Shown: one piece after another, positions 53,526-63,179 of the stretch
Layout: every line of letters begins with the position of its first letter
How positions within the stretch are numbered: the first letter of the stretch is position 1
Assembly (NCBI GenBank): GCA_965116025.1
Contig: OZ220480.1
Coordinates: 1,152,001 to 1,216,000 of the forward strand
From: an uncultured candidatus Porisulfidus sp.
Lineage (GTDB): Bacteria > Pseudomonadota > Gammaproteobacteria > Poriferisulfidales > Poriferisulfidaceae
Direction of reading: 5' to 3'
Length of the DNA: 64,000 bases
The notes under the pieces: model-generated
Told to the model about the DNA's origin: nothing
Seen by the model: only the letters and a program-made list of their open reading frames with translations
Database searches by the model: none
Made by a program: the position numbers and the translations under genes

Positions 53526-54935
53526 TTACAGGCTGTAGTACATGTCGAACTCGACCGGATGGGTGGCGGCCCGCAGGCGGGTAACCTCCTCGCGCTTGAG
53601 TTCGATATAGCCGTCGATGGCATCGTCGTTGAAGACGTCGCCAGCCTTGAGGAAATCGCGGTTGGCATCCAGCTCGTCCAGGGCCTGATCCAGCGCGTGA
53701 CACACGTGCGGGATGCTCGCTTCCTCTTCCGGCGGCAGATCGTACAGGTCCTTGTCCATTGGCTCGCCCGGATCGATCTTGTTGCGGATCCCGTCCAGGC
53801 CGGCCATCAGCATGGCGGCGAAGGTCAGATAGGGGTTTCCGCAGGCATCGCCGAAGCGGACCTCGATGCGGCGCTGCTGTGGGTGCATGACGAACGGGAT
53901 GCGGACGGCCGCCGAGCGGTTGCGCGCGGAATAGGCCAGCAACACCGGCGCCTCGAAGCCCGGAACCAGTCGCTTGTAGCTGTTGGTGGAGGCGTTGGCG
54001 AACGCGTTGAGCGTCCGCGCGTGCTTCAGGATTCCTCCGATGTAGTGCAGGGCCAGGTCCGACATCCCTCCGACTCCGTCGCCAGCGAACAGGTTCTTTC
54101 CATCCTTGCTCAGCGACTGGTGCACGTGCATGCCGTTGCCGTTGTCGCCGACCAAGGGTTTAGGCATGAAGGTCGCGGTCTTGCCGAAGTTGTGCGCGAC
54201 GTTCAGCACCACGTACTTGAGGATCTGATTCATGTCGGCGCGGCGCACGAGAGAATCGAAGCGGGTGCCGATCTCGCACTGTCCGCCGGTCGCCACCTCG
54301 TGATGGTGCACCTCGACTGGCACGTCCATATCCGCCAGCGTCTCGCACATGACGGAACGGATGTCCTGCAGGCTGTCCACGGGCGGCACCGGAAAATACC
54401 CGCCCTTGGGTCCCGGGCGGTGTCCAATATTCTCGTCGAATCCTCCGCGGCCCGAGCTCCAGCTGCCTTCTTCGGATTCGATCTTGTACATGCATCGGTG
54501 CATCTCGTCAGCCCAGCGGACGCCGTCGAAGACGAAGAATTCCGGTTCCGGTCCAAAATACGCGGTGTCGGCGATGCCCGAGGACTTGAGGTATTCCTCG
54601 GCCTTTCTGGCGATGCCGCGGGTGTCTCGCGCGTAGGGGCGCATGGTGGTCGGCTCGATCACGTCGCAACGCAACAGGAGCGTCGTCTCGGTGTAGAAGG
54701 GATCCAGGACCGCGGTGCTTGGGTCCGGCATCAGGATCATGTCCGATTCGTTGATGCCTTTCCAGCCGGCGATCGATGAGCCGTCAAACATTTTTCCGCT
54801 TTCGAAGACATCCTCGTCAATCGTGTCGGCGGGCACGGAGACATGGTGCTCTTTGCCACGGGTGTCGGTGAAACGGAAGTCGACGAAGCGAACTTCTTCC
54901 TCGTCGATGGTTTTCAGGATTTCTTCAGGATTCAT
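53526..54935 (-). CDS. glnA: Glutamine synthetase type I
   Basis: [30 protein letters not shown], adenylylation site DKDLYDLP. Confidence 0.98.
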   Translation of the reverse strand: MNPEEILKTIDEEEVRFVDFRFTDTRGKEHHVSVPADTIDEDVFESGKMFDGSSIAGWKGINESDMILMPDPSTAVLDPFYTETTLLLRCDVIEPTTMRPYARDTRGIARKAEEYLKSSGIADTAYFGPEPEFFVFDGVRWADEMHRCMYKIESEEGSWSSGRGGFDENIGHRPGPKGGYFPVPPVDSLQDIRSVMCETLADMDVPVEVHHHEVATGGQCEIGTRFDSLVRRADMNQILKYVVLNVAHNFGKTATFMPKPLVGDNGNGMHVHQSLSKDGKNLFAGDGVGGMSDLALHYIGGILKHARTLNAFANASTNSYKRLVPGFEAPVLLAYSARNRSAAVRIPFVMHPQQRRIEVRFGDACGNPYLTFAAMLMAGLDGIRNKIDPGEPMDKDLYDLPPEEEASIPHVCHALDQALDELDANRDFLKAGDVFNDDAIDGYIELKREEVTRLRAATHPVEFDMYYSL

Positions 54936-55359
54936 GGCAAACGCTCCAGAGTGGCTGGTTCAGGTGGCGAGGGATGAGGCGACATCGCCCGCGCGTCCGA
55001 TTTCGTCTCGACGCGGTCCCCTTCCAGAGGCGATTATACATCCGCGACCGATTTTACTGATTAAGACGGCCGCCGCATCGCAGAGGAATCTCCCGGCTTG
55101 AATGAGAGTCGGGGAACCTTCTCGGTTTCGGGAGCTGCCCATACGGCGGTCGCGGTGGCAGTCGAGTCTCCGATGCGCCACTGCACGGCTTCGAACAGGA
55201 TCAGGAGGGCGCTCCATAATTCCGCTATCGATTCAGTCAAGCGGTCCTATCCCGAATTGGAACGTCTTTAAGGCGGACGTGAGAGGCTTTCTCCATTGGG
55301 CTTGTCGCGACCAGGGAGATGGGAAGTTCCTCGGCGCTTCTCTTCTCCCGCCTTCTCTG

Positions 55360-55644
55360 TTACAGGTTCTCCCGTCTATCTTCTAGCATCTCTTCGGCGC
55401 GGACCATTCGCGTCGCCTCTTTGAAGTACTCCAGGAAGCCTTCCGGGTCTAGCCAATAGGAATACAAAGCGGCCACCCGATCATAGTATCGGCATTCCAG
55501 AAACATTCGGAACTCATCCTTGGTCAGATCTTCATGCAAGGCGAGGGTCAGGTTCTGGGCCAAATTCGGCCGGACCGCCAGGATCAGGCGGAGCATGCTG
55601 GATCTTTCTGAAGGGCGGAGCGCGAATTCACGGAGAAGGCGCAA
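55360..55644 (-). CDS. Hypothetical protein or gene fragment
   Basis: Protein-like ORF with an uncertain TTG start. Confidence 0.45.
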   Translation of the reverse strand: MRLLREFALRPSERSSMLRLILAVRPNLAQNLTLALHEDLTKDEFRMFLECRYYDRVAALYSYWLDPEGFLEYFKEATRMVRAEEMLEDRRENL

Positions 55645-55737
55645 TGCCTCCGCCGTCGAGAGCGGGGGACGGGAAGGGCTACATGGCCGAGCCCCGCGAT
55701 CAGCCGGGAGGTTTCCGTCGCGCCCGCGCGGAGATCT

Positions 55738-56175
55738 TCAGAGCTCTCCCTTCGCTCGCTGGCCGCAGTAGAAGGCGAGCCCGGACGAGTCCGACGTGAA
55801 CGTGATTTTCGCGCCCTTGTCGAAGTAGACGATATCGCCCACGGTCGCATGGAAAGTCTCGCCACCTTCCTCAGCCAAGGTCATCTCGCCAGAGACGATG
55901 AATTTCACCTCGTTGTACGTATAGGCGTATTCGAGGGGCTCGCTTTTCGTCAGGCGGAACAGGCCGCAGGTCATCGGCGCGTTCTCGCTCGACGTGACGA
56001 TATCGGTCAGCGCGGCCTCAATGTTTTCGATGCCCATGGAGGCCAGTTCCATGCTGGCGGCGCCCTTGTGGGGAGTCATTTTCGCACCGCCATGGCCGTC
56101 GGCGATGGCGGCGCCCGACCCCGCGAGCGCGGCGGAAAGGAGCAGGGAGAGGATCGTTGTATTGAGCGTTCGCAT
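55738..56175 (-). CDS. EutQ/DUF861-like cupin with a signal peptide
   Basis: MTCGLF..YTYNEVKFIVSGE..GDIVYFDKG; N-terminal hydrophobic leader ending AIA-D. Confidence 0.78.
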   Translation of the reverse strand: MRTLNTTILSLLLSAALAGSGAAIADGHGGAKMTPHKGAASMELASMGIENIEAALTDIVTSSENAPMTCGLFRLTKSEPLEYAYTYNEVKFIVSGEMTLAEEGGETFHATVGDIVYFDKGAKITFTSDSSGLAFYCGQRAKGEL

Positions 56176-56352
56176 GATGTTTGCCTCGGGTTGTTGTAAT
56201 GAATCGCGCTGGCTTGGAACCATTGCCGATTCGCCAGCCTGCAGTATCATAATGATACCCTGATTCGCGAGATGGACCGTCATGCCGCGCGCCGCGCGGG
56301 TGGGATTCCCAGCGTATCCAGCTTCAACGTCACACCACGGAGGACTCTCGAT

Positions 56353-56922
56353 ATGGCGAGCTATGGACTGAACGACATCAAGCCAGGACTGAAGATCATG
56401 GTCGACGGCGCTCCTCATGAGGTCGTGGACAGCGAGTTCCGCAAGCCTGGCAAGGGACAGGCGTTCACCCGGATGAAGGTGCGGAATCTGCTGACCGGCC
56501 GAACCAATGACAAGACGATCAAGTCTGGGGATGCCGTGGATCCCGCGGACGTGCGGGAAATCCGCGTTCAGTATCTGTACGCGGACGGGGACGCGGCGGT
56601 GTTCATGTCTCCAGAATCCTATGAGCAGTATTCAATCCCCGCCTCCGTGCTGGGCGAGGCGGCCTCGTGGATTCGCGCGCAGGATCTCTGCTCCGTGCTG
56701 CTGTACAACGATCAGCCGGTCAGCCTGACTCCGCCGCAATTCGTGGAGCTGAAAATCGCCGAGACGGATCCCGGGGTGCGTGGCGACACCGCGTCCGGTG
56801 GCGTCAAGCCCGCCACGCTGGAGACGGGCGCGGTCGTGCGCGTGCCGTTGTTCGTCGAGGTTGGCGAGACGATCCGGGTGGACACGCGCGACGGCGCGTA
56901 CGTGTCCCGAGTGCGCGACTGA
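56353..56922 (+). CDS. efp: Elongation factor P
   Basis: KPGKGQAF (Lys34 type), PGVRGDTASGG.KPA.LETG. Confidence 0.97.
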   Translation: MASYGLNDIKPGLKIMVDGAPHEVVDSEFRKPGKGQAFTRMKVRNLLTGRTNDKTIKSGDAVDPADVREIRVQYLYADGDAAVFMSPESYEQYSIPASVLGEAASWIRAQDLCSVLLYNDQPVSLTPPQFVELKIAETDPGVRGDTASGGVKPATLETGAVVRVPLFVEVGETIRVDTRDGAYVSRVRD

Positions 56923-56923
56923 T

Positions 56924-57832
56924 CTATTCGGCGGCTTCCCGCGGGGGCGCGGTCTCTGGCAGGAGCAGGGCTTGGCCGTAGGTCACCGCGCCGTCAGGCT
57001 GGATGGCGGCATCCCAACGCCGGTCCTGGTGGGCACTGAGGAACACCACGGTCGAGCCCAAGTGGAAGCGCCCGAGCTCCTCGCCTCGGCGAAGCTCGAC
57101 CTTCAGGGGAGTCTCGCCGTATCGCCAGCGCGTGACCGACCTCCGCCTCGGCGCGACCAAGCCGTGCCAGCTCGTCTCGATGGAGGCCACGTTGACGGCT
57201 CCGACCATGACGATGGCGAAGGGGGCGCCGTCCGGGTCCTCGAACAGGCTCGCCATCCGCTCGTTGCGCGCGTACAGTCTAGGGATGCGCTCGACCGCGT
57301 AGGGGGCGACCGTGAACTGGCGCCCGGGAATATGGAGCATCTCGGTCAGGCGGCCGTCGGTCGGCATGTAGATCCGATGGCAGTCGTTCGGGGAGAGGTA
57401 GATGGTGGCGAAGCGCCCCTGCGCGAACTCGGGATGAGCGCCGCCGAGCAACTCGTCCACGGTGAAAATCCGCCCTTTCGCTTGGATGACGCGTCCGTCC
57501 TCAATCCGGCCGAATTGGCTGATCCGGCCGTCGCAAGGCGCCGCCAGCGCGCTCGGGTCTTCCGGCCAAGGCCGCGCGTCCGCCTTCATGGCGCGGACGA
57601 ACAGGGCGTTCAGGGTGGGGTACGCCTCTGGATCCTCGATTTCCGCGTCCTCCATGCGAAGCTGGAAGAAGGAGACGAACGCGCGGATCAGCAGATTCTT
57701 GACCTTGACGGTCTCGATCCGGGCGAGACCGCCAGCCGCCGCGGACGCCCAGTGGTGTGGAAAGCAAAGGAAGGCCCAGGCCTTGAGGTCGAGCAGGCGC
57801 TTTCCCCAAGAGGATCTGGAGGACGCGCTCAC
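56924..57832 (-). CDS. psd: Phosphatidylserine decarboxylase proenzyme
   Basis: PCDG, QAKG, IYLSP.DCH, ARNER, LGST cleavage motif; GTGA overlap with the SCO gene. Confidence 0.93.
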   Translation of the reverse strand: MSASSRSSWGKRLLDLKAWAFLCFPHHWASAAAGGLARIETVKVKNLLIRAFVSFFQLRMEDAEIEDPEAYPTLNALFVRAMKADARPWPEDPSALAAPCDGRISQFGRIEDGRVIQAKGRIFTVDELLGGAHPEFAQGRFATIYLSPNDCHRIYMPTDGRLTEMLHIPGRQFTVAPYAVERIPRLYARNERMASLFEDPDGAPFAIVMVGAVNVASIETSWHGLVAPRRRSVTRWRYGETPLKVELRRGEELGRFHLGSTVVFLSAHQDRRWDAAIQPDGAVTYGQALLLPETAPPREAAE

Positions 57833-58437
57833 GAGGCACGCCCGATCAGTTTCCGAAGATCCGTGGCGATGGCTTTGGCGTCTAGCGGAGTGGTGAGCAC
57901 TCCAGCGAGTCGCGCCTCGGGGTCGATCAGCCAAGCTCCGCCGCTATGGTCGACGAGATAGCCGGTGGTGAGATCTCGCCTGGAGTGGAACGCGCCGAGC
58001 CGTCGGGCGAGATTAGCGATTTCCTCGGGCTTTCCGGTCGCGCCCACCGTGCCTCGACGGAAGTGGCTCACGTATCGCGCCAGGGTCTCGGGGCTGTCGC
58101 GCTCGGGGTCGACTGAGACGAACACGATCCGAGCGTTTTTCTCATCCAGGATTCGCAGGGCGACGGTCAGCTTCTGCATGGAAGGCGAGCAGATGTCCGG
58201 GCAGTGGGAATAACCGAAGAACAGCAGACTCCAGTGACCAAGAAAATCCTCTCGCTCCAGCGTCTCTCCGTCGTGGCGCGCGAGAGAGAAGGCGGGCAAA
58301 GGGCGAGCCTGGCTTCCAAGCGCGGTGATCGCCTCGTATTCTTCCGTCTCGCTGGAGTTCATCCAGTGGAAATACGCGACCCCGGCGAGAGCGAGGGCCG
58401 GCAGGAGAATGAGCGCGCGCTTCAAGAATCTGTCCAA
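57829..58437 (-). CDS. SCO1/SenC family copper chaperone
   Basis: FGYSHCPDIC, VSVDPERD, VDHS. Confidence 0.92.
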   Translation of the reverse strand: MDRFLKRALILLPALALAGVAYFHWMNSSETEEYEAITALGSQARPLPAFSLARHDGETLEREDFLGHWSLLFFGYSHCPDICSPSMQKLTVALRILDEKNARIVFVSVDPERDSPETLARYVSHFRRGTVGATGKPEEIANLARRLGAFHSRRDLTTGYLVDHSGGAWLIDPEARLAGVLTTPLDAKAIATDLRKLIGRAS

Positions 58438-58458
58438 AAAGCGGAGCGAGTGATTCTA

Positions 58459-60306
58459 TCAGTCAAATCTCCATTCCAGTCCGGTGCTGAAATTCCGTCG
58501 GGGAGCCGCGTATCCCCGGATTTCCTGGTAGGAGTCGTCGAGAAGGTTGCGGGTCTCGAAGAGCAGGTCCAGTTTCGAGGTCAAGGCGTGGCGCGCGGTT
58601 AGGTTGATCAGGTTGTGGTTGTCCAGAGCGGTTCCACCGTCCAGCAACCCCCGCGCCGTCGTGAAGTCCAGACGGAATCGCCACTGGGCCGATCTTCGCG
58701 ACAGCGCCAGGCGGTATTGGTGCCGGGGTCTCCGGACCTCTTTCCGGTCGTCCGCGTCCCCCGGAGCGGGTTCGGTGGCCTGCAGATAGGCGTAGTCGGC
58801 GGAGAAGGTCCAGCCCGGATGCGGATCGAATCCGAACTCCAGTTCCGCGCCCCAGCGGTCGGAATCTCGGACTCCATTGATGGAAGTGGGCAGAAGGGGA
58901 CCCCCTAATCCATCCGGGTCGTGATATTGGATCTCATCGCTCAGGCGTTGGTCGAACACGCTGACGCTGATTCGGCAGCAGGCCCCGCTTGGGTTGTGCT
59001 CAATGCCGATCTCGGTATTTCGGGAGCGCTCCGGCAACAGGTTGGGGTTGCCTTGGAAAGCGTTGGGAAAATAACCGTAGCGCTCGGTCAGGGTTGGGTT
59101 GGCGATGCCGATGCCGCTCGCCAAATAGAGCCGCGTCGGATGGTCTGGCCACTGGTAGGCGAGGGAGACGCGCCAAGTGTCGGCGTCCTCGAAGTCCTGG
59201 TTGTTGTCGCGGCGCAGCGCCAAGTCGAGCGTCATTTGGGGGTCGGGCCGCCATTTCAGCGTCGTGAACACGCCGGAAGACAGGAAACTCAGAGGCTCGA
59301 TGCCGCCACGGTCGTAACGTTCCCGCTCCCATTCCATCCCGGCTCCGACGGCGCAGGGCCGACCCAGAAAGCACTTCTCGAAATCGCGCCAGACCATCCC
59401 GTCCGCTTGGACGCGGCGTCCCCGGGTCTCGGTGATGGAAGTCTCTTGATGATTCTTGTTCGACGTTCGCAGATAGCCGACGCTCGCCTGATAGTGGAAC
59501 GAATCCGTTCGCGAGCGCAGGATGGCGTTTCCGTAGGTCCGCAGGTTCCTCGAGGTGTTGTTCTGGTCCGAGGGAAGCGGCCAGCCACCATCGTATTCCA
59601 GGTTCGCATGCGTATGGCGGGCGGAGAGTCGCAGGTCCGTTCGGGAAGAGGGACTCCAGAGCGCGCTCCATTGCGCGGTATTGTTCCGGTATCCGTCCCG
59701 CTCCGAGCCTGAGAGCGAGACGTTCTCGCCATCCGTCTGAAAACGGCGCGCGCTGGCCTGCATGCGGAAGTCGTCGGTCTCAGTGGCGAGCCGGAGCGTG
59801 GTTTCGTGGCGCCGGTTCGATCCGGATTTTTGAGTCAGGCTGGAACGTCCGCCCGTTCGGCTGACCAGGTTCACGACGCCGGAGATCGCCTGGCTTCCCC
59901 ACAGGGGGCCTGGCGCGCCGCGCACCACCTCGACGCGCTCGATTCCGGCGGTGGAGAGGTGGGCGAAATTCACGACACCACTGGTGGGGTCGCTCAGGTC
60001 GACGCCATCCAGAAGCACGCGCGTATGGCTGGATTCCCCGCCGCGCATCCTCAATTCCGCGAGCGTCCCGGCGCCGCCCAGCTGACTGACGGAGAGCCCT
60101 GGAATCTCGCGTAGCACGTCCGCGATGGAGATTCCCGCTCCTTGCCAATCGTCCAGATCGATGACGGTGACGCGGCCACTGATGGCGTGCGAGGCTTGAG
60201 GGAAGCGCGCCGCCGTGACGATGATGGTCTCGATATTCTGCGCGGCGGGCAGGGGGGAAGCGCCCAGCGTGGCGAGCGCGAGCGAGGAAAGCGTTTTCTT
60301 GAGCAT
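58459..60306 (-). CDS. btuB: TonB-dependent receptor, BtuB-like
   Basis: TonB box ETIIVTA, plug motifs MRGG and IERVEVVRG, C-terminal WRFD; directly downstream of a cobalamin riboswitch. Confidence 0.85.
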   Translation of the reverse strand: MLKKTLSSLALATLGASPLPAAQNIETIIVTAARFPQASHAISGRVTVIDLDDWQGAGISIADVLREIPGLSVSQLGGAGTLAELRMRGGESSHTRVLLDGVDLSDPTSGVVNFAHLSTAGIERVEVVRGAPGPLWGSQAISGVVNLVSRTGGRSSLTQKSGSNRRHETTLRLATETDDFRMQASARRFQTDGENVSLSGSERDGYRNNTAQWSALWSPSSRTDLRLSARHTHANLEYDGGWPLPSDQNNTSRNLRTYGNAILRSRTDSFHYQASVGYLRTSNKNHQETSITETRGRRVQADGMVWRDFEKCFLGRPCAVGAGMEWERERYDRGGIEPLSFLSSGVFTTLKWRPDPQMTLDLALRRDNNQDFEDADTWRVSLAYQWPDHPTRLYLASGIGIANPTLTERYGYFPNAFQGNPNLLPERSRNTEIGIEHNPSGACCRISVSVFDQRLSDEIQYHDPDGLGGPLLPTSINGVRDSDRWGAELEFGFDPHPGWTFSADYAYLQATEPAPGDADDRKEVRRPRHQYRLALSRRSAQWRFRLDFTTARGLLDGGTALDNHNLINLTARHALTSKLDLLFETRNLLDDSYQEIRGYAAPRRNFSTGLEWRFD

Positions 60307-60401
60307 GCCGGTCCTGATCCATGGACCGGGCGGGCAAAGGAAAAATGCACGGCCAAGCGGCCGCGCGTCACCCCGGTCGCCCACCGCGGCCGTGATAATT
60401 C

Positions 60402-60569
60402 AGGATGGGGCCGGTCTCCGGGCTCGCGAGGGGTTTCTTGGACGCTCCCTTCCCAGGCTGAAGCCCAGTGGATCTCGCGTCCCTCTCGCCTACCGTTGCG
60501 GGGGCAGCGCCGGCGTTGCGTTCGCGCACCGGCTTCCCTGTTTCATCTGTCGGGCAGACACCCCATCCC
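60402..60569 (-). ncRNA. Cobalamin riboswitch
   Basis: AGGGAAGCCGGTG..CCGGCGCTGCCCCCGCAACGGTA..CCACTG..GGGAAGG..GAGCCCGGAGACCGGCC; P1 GGATGGGG/CCCCATCC. Confidence 0.92.
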
Positions 60570-60612
60570 GCGTAGCGCGATCAGCTTAACACGAGGCGCT
60601 AGCCGAGAGAGG

Positions 60613-61317
60613 TTAGGTCGCGCCATCGGCGGGAGACAATTCTTCCAGGATCAAGCGAATCGCGCCCGGCGGGTCGCTGGCGCGCACCACCGGCCGCCCT
60701 ACCACCAGATGGCTGGCGCCGGCCTCGGCGGCCTCTCGGGGAGTGGCCGTCCTCTTCTGGTCGTCCGCGCTCGCGACGAAGCGTATGCCGGGCGTGACGA
60801 TCCAGAGGCCGGAACCGAATTCCTCGCGGACCTGCCGCGCTTCCCGGGGCGAGCAGACGATACCGGAGAGACCGGCCCGCGCGGCGAGCCGGGCCAGCCG
60901 CGCGACCTGCTCGCGCGATGAGCGTTGCCCGATGGCTTCCAGGTCCTCGTCGCTAAGTGAAGTCAGGGCGGTGACGGCGACCACATGCATATCGTCGCCC
61001 GCCGCCTCGCGGGCCGCGTCCAGCATGGCGGGCCCTCCAGAGGCGTGCACGGTGCACATCCAGACTCCCGCCTCGCGCGCGGCGTGGCAGGCGGCCGCCA
61101 CCGTGTTCGGAATATCGTGAAACTTGAGATCCAGGAAAACCTCGAAACCCTGTCGCCGAAGGTCCAGAACCAGCTCTGGACCGCCCTTGACGAACAGCTC
61201 GGAGCCGACCTTGAGGCGACAGTCAGAGGGCGAGAGGCGATCCGCGAGCTCCACCGCCTCTCGGCCGCTCAGGCCATCCAGGGCGACGATCAGGCCCGGC
61301 GCCGAATCCGCGGGCAT
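60613..61317 (-). CDS. pyrF: Orotidine 5'-phosphate decarboxylase
   Basis: IVALD, FLDLKFHDIPNT, VTPGIR, VVGRP. Confidence 0.96.
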   Translation of the reverse strand: MPADSAPGLIVALDGLSGREAVELADRLSPSDCRLKVGSELFVKGGPELVLDLRRQGFEVFLDLKFHDIPNTVAAACHAAREAGVWMCTVHASGGPAMLDAAREAAGDDMHVVAVTALTSLSDEDLEAIGQRSSREQVARLARLAARAGLSGIVCSPREARQVREEFGSGLWIVTPGIRFVASADDQKRTATPREAAEAGASHLVVGRPVVRASDPPGAIRLILEELSPADGAT

Positions 61318-61326
61318 GAGAGGATG

Positions 61327-62523
61327 TCAGACCAAGTAGGGACGGTGCGGGGCCTTCTCGGCATAGGGCTCGATCGGCTGCAGCGTGTCCCACCGTTGGC
61401 AACTCGGGCACTGCCAGTACAGCTTGCGCACCTGAAACTGGCACTCCGAGCATTCATGGGTCGGCCGATCGGCCAAATAGCGGTCCAGCGTGGTCAGGAT
61501 CTGGCGCATGCTCCGCTGGTCGGCCGCGACCCTGTTCTCGGTGATCGCCTCTACGTACTCGCGTAGCAATACCAGCGAGGACGGATTGGACTGGAAGGTG
61601 CCGCTGAAGATATCATCCAGTTCGCCACCACCATGTTGGCGCAGGTCCTCGACCAGGGACAGCGCCGGAAACAGGGCGTGCGGCTGGGTTCGCGCGCTAT
61701 GCAGGAACTGGCGGAATCCGTCCGGGTTTCCCTGCGCTTGATAGGCCTTGTGGATGAGCTGGATGATCTGGGGCGCGAAGGCTGGACGTTTCTCGTAGGC
61801 GTCCCGATAGTGGCGGATGGCGGCGTGGTAGTCGCGCCGCCGGCTGGCGATGTTGCCGAGCATGATGTGCGCTCGCGCGCAGTCGCGGTAGTGGCCCAAG
61901 GCCTTGTGCGCGTTCTGGACCGCCTGCTCCTCGCCATTGCCGCTGGCCAGGGTCTCCAGCGCGATCTCTCCTAGCTCGCAGTAGTACTGGGCGATGATTT
62001 CCTGTTGCGGTCCTCCGCCCTCGCGCTCGATGTTGCGGGCGACGTGGATCGCTTTTTTCCACTCCTTCTCCTGTTCGTAGATTTCCCGCAGATGGCGCAG
62101 GGCCTCCAGTTGGTGGGCACCGGTGTCGAGCACTCCGCGGAGCAGATGCTCGGCGCGGTCGAATAGTCCGGACTTGAGGTAATCGCGGGCCAGCTCCAGC
62201 AATACGTCAGCTTTGGTCCGGTCGTCCAGATCCGGCCGCGCGATCAGGTTCTGATGCAGCCGAATGGCGCGCTCCACCTCGCCGCGCCGGCGCAATAGAT
62301 TGCCGAGAACGATGTAGGTCTCGACGGTGTCGGCGTCCAGGTCGACCACGTTCACGAACAAGTCGATGGCCTTGTCAGGCTGCTCGTTGAGCAGGTAGTT
62401 GATGCCCTTGAGATAGTGCCCGGGGACGGGTTTGGCCTTTCTGTTCCGCATGTCGCGCCGCGCCGCCCACCAGCCGGTCAGCGCCGCGACCGGGAGCAAG
62501 AGCCAGAGCAGGGCGCTCGTCAT
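61327..62523 (-). CDS. lapB: Lipopolysaccharide assembly protein B
   Basis: GINYLLNEQPDKAID, TPRs, C-terminal CxxC..WQCPSC. Confidence 0.93.
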   Translation of the reverse strand: MTSALLWLLLPVAALTGWWAARRDMRNRKAKPVPGHYLKGINYLLNEQPDKAIDLFVNVVDLDADTVETYIVLGNLLRRRGEVERAIRLHQNLIARPDLDDRTKADVLLELARDYLKSGLFDRAEHLLRGVLDTGAHQLEALRHLREIYEQEKEWKKAIHVARNIEREGGGPQQEIIAQYYCELGEIALETLASGNGEEQAVQNAHKALGHYRDCARAHIMLGNIASRRRDYHAAIRHYRDAYEKRPAFAPQIIQLIHKAYQAQGNPDGFRQFLHSARTQPHALFPALSLVEDLRQHGGGELDDIFSGTFQSNPSSLVLLREYVEAITENRVAADQRSMRQILTTLDRYLADRPTHECSECQFQVRKLYWQCPSCQRWDTLQPIEPYAEKAPHRPYLV

Positions 62524-62524
62524 G

Positions 62525-62815
62525 TCAGGCCTCGTGAATCGGCATGCGCCGCAGGTTGCGGACTTCCTGGTACACCAAATCGTATTTTCGCCGTAGGCGG
62601 GTGAATCGGAAGCGGTAGCGCAACACCATCCAGCCGCCAAGGCCGATGGCCAAGGACAGCCCCAGTCCCAGCGCGGCCAGCAACGCGAGCCCCAGCTGGA
62701 GCGTGTATTCGGCGAAATACAGATTGACGCCGACCGGTTGCGGGTTGGACATCACCAGCATCAGCCCGAGGGCCATCACCATCAGGAAGATCAGAAGCGC
62801 GCCCAGTTTATTCAT
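62525..62815 (-). CDS. lapA: Lipopolysaccharide assembly protein A
   Basis: Two TM segments, ends EVRNLRRMPI; directly upstream of lapB. Confidence 0.82.
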   Translation of the reverse strand: MNKLGALLIFLMVMALGLMLVMSNPQPVGVNLYFAEYTLQLGLALLAALGLGLSLAIGLGGWMVLRYRFRFTRLRRKYDLVYQEVRNLRRMPIHEA

Positions 62816-62897
62816 GGCAGGAATCGGTCCCGGATATAGAGCGACCTATGACTATATCACGTGCGGAAATCTTCGACTCTCTCTTGAAGTGCCGTGG

Positions 62898-63111
62898 TTA
62901 TGCGAGCGTCAGGCGTTCGCCCTTCGGTTATGGGATGGGCCCGACCAAATTCCCATCTTGTTCGACTCATAACCCTACGGCATTTTTGATTTGGCCTGAT
63001 TCGATTTCTTGGTCGTTGCCGTGCGCCATGTGGCTGGGCAATTCGGAAATTCTTGCGATGAACGTTTGGTTCTCATTGTTCCAATGAGAAAATAAGCTTG
63101 CGCTTGCGCAT
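62898..63111 (-). pseudogene. HicB-family antitoxin pseudogene
   Basis: MRKRKLIF/(+1)HWNNENQTFIARISELPSHMAHGNDQE..GL*VE..PIP*PKGERLTLA*: short HicB pattern with one frameshift and two nonsense codons. Confidence 0.75.
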
Positions 63112-63179
63112 CAGTTGTCCGGTCTCTCTCGACTCCCGATGAATCAGTTCTTTGATCATCAGGTATGCTATTTCCCCGA

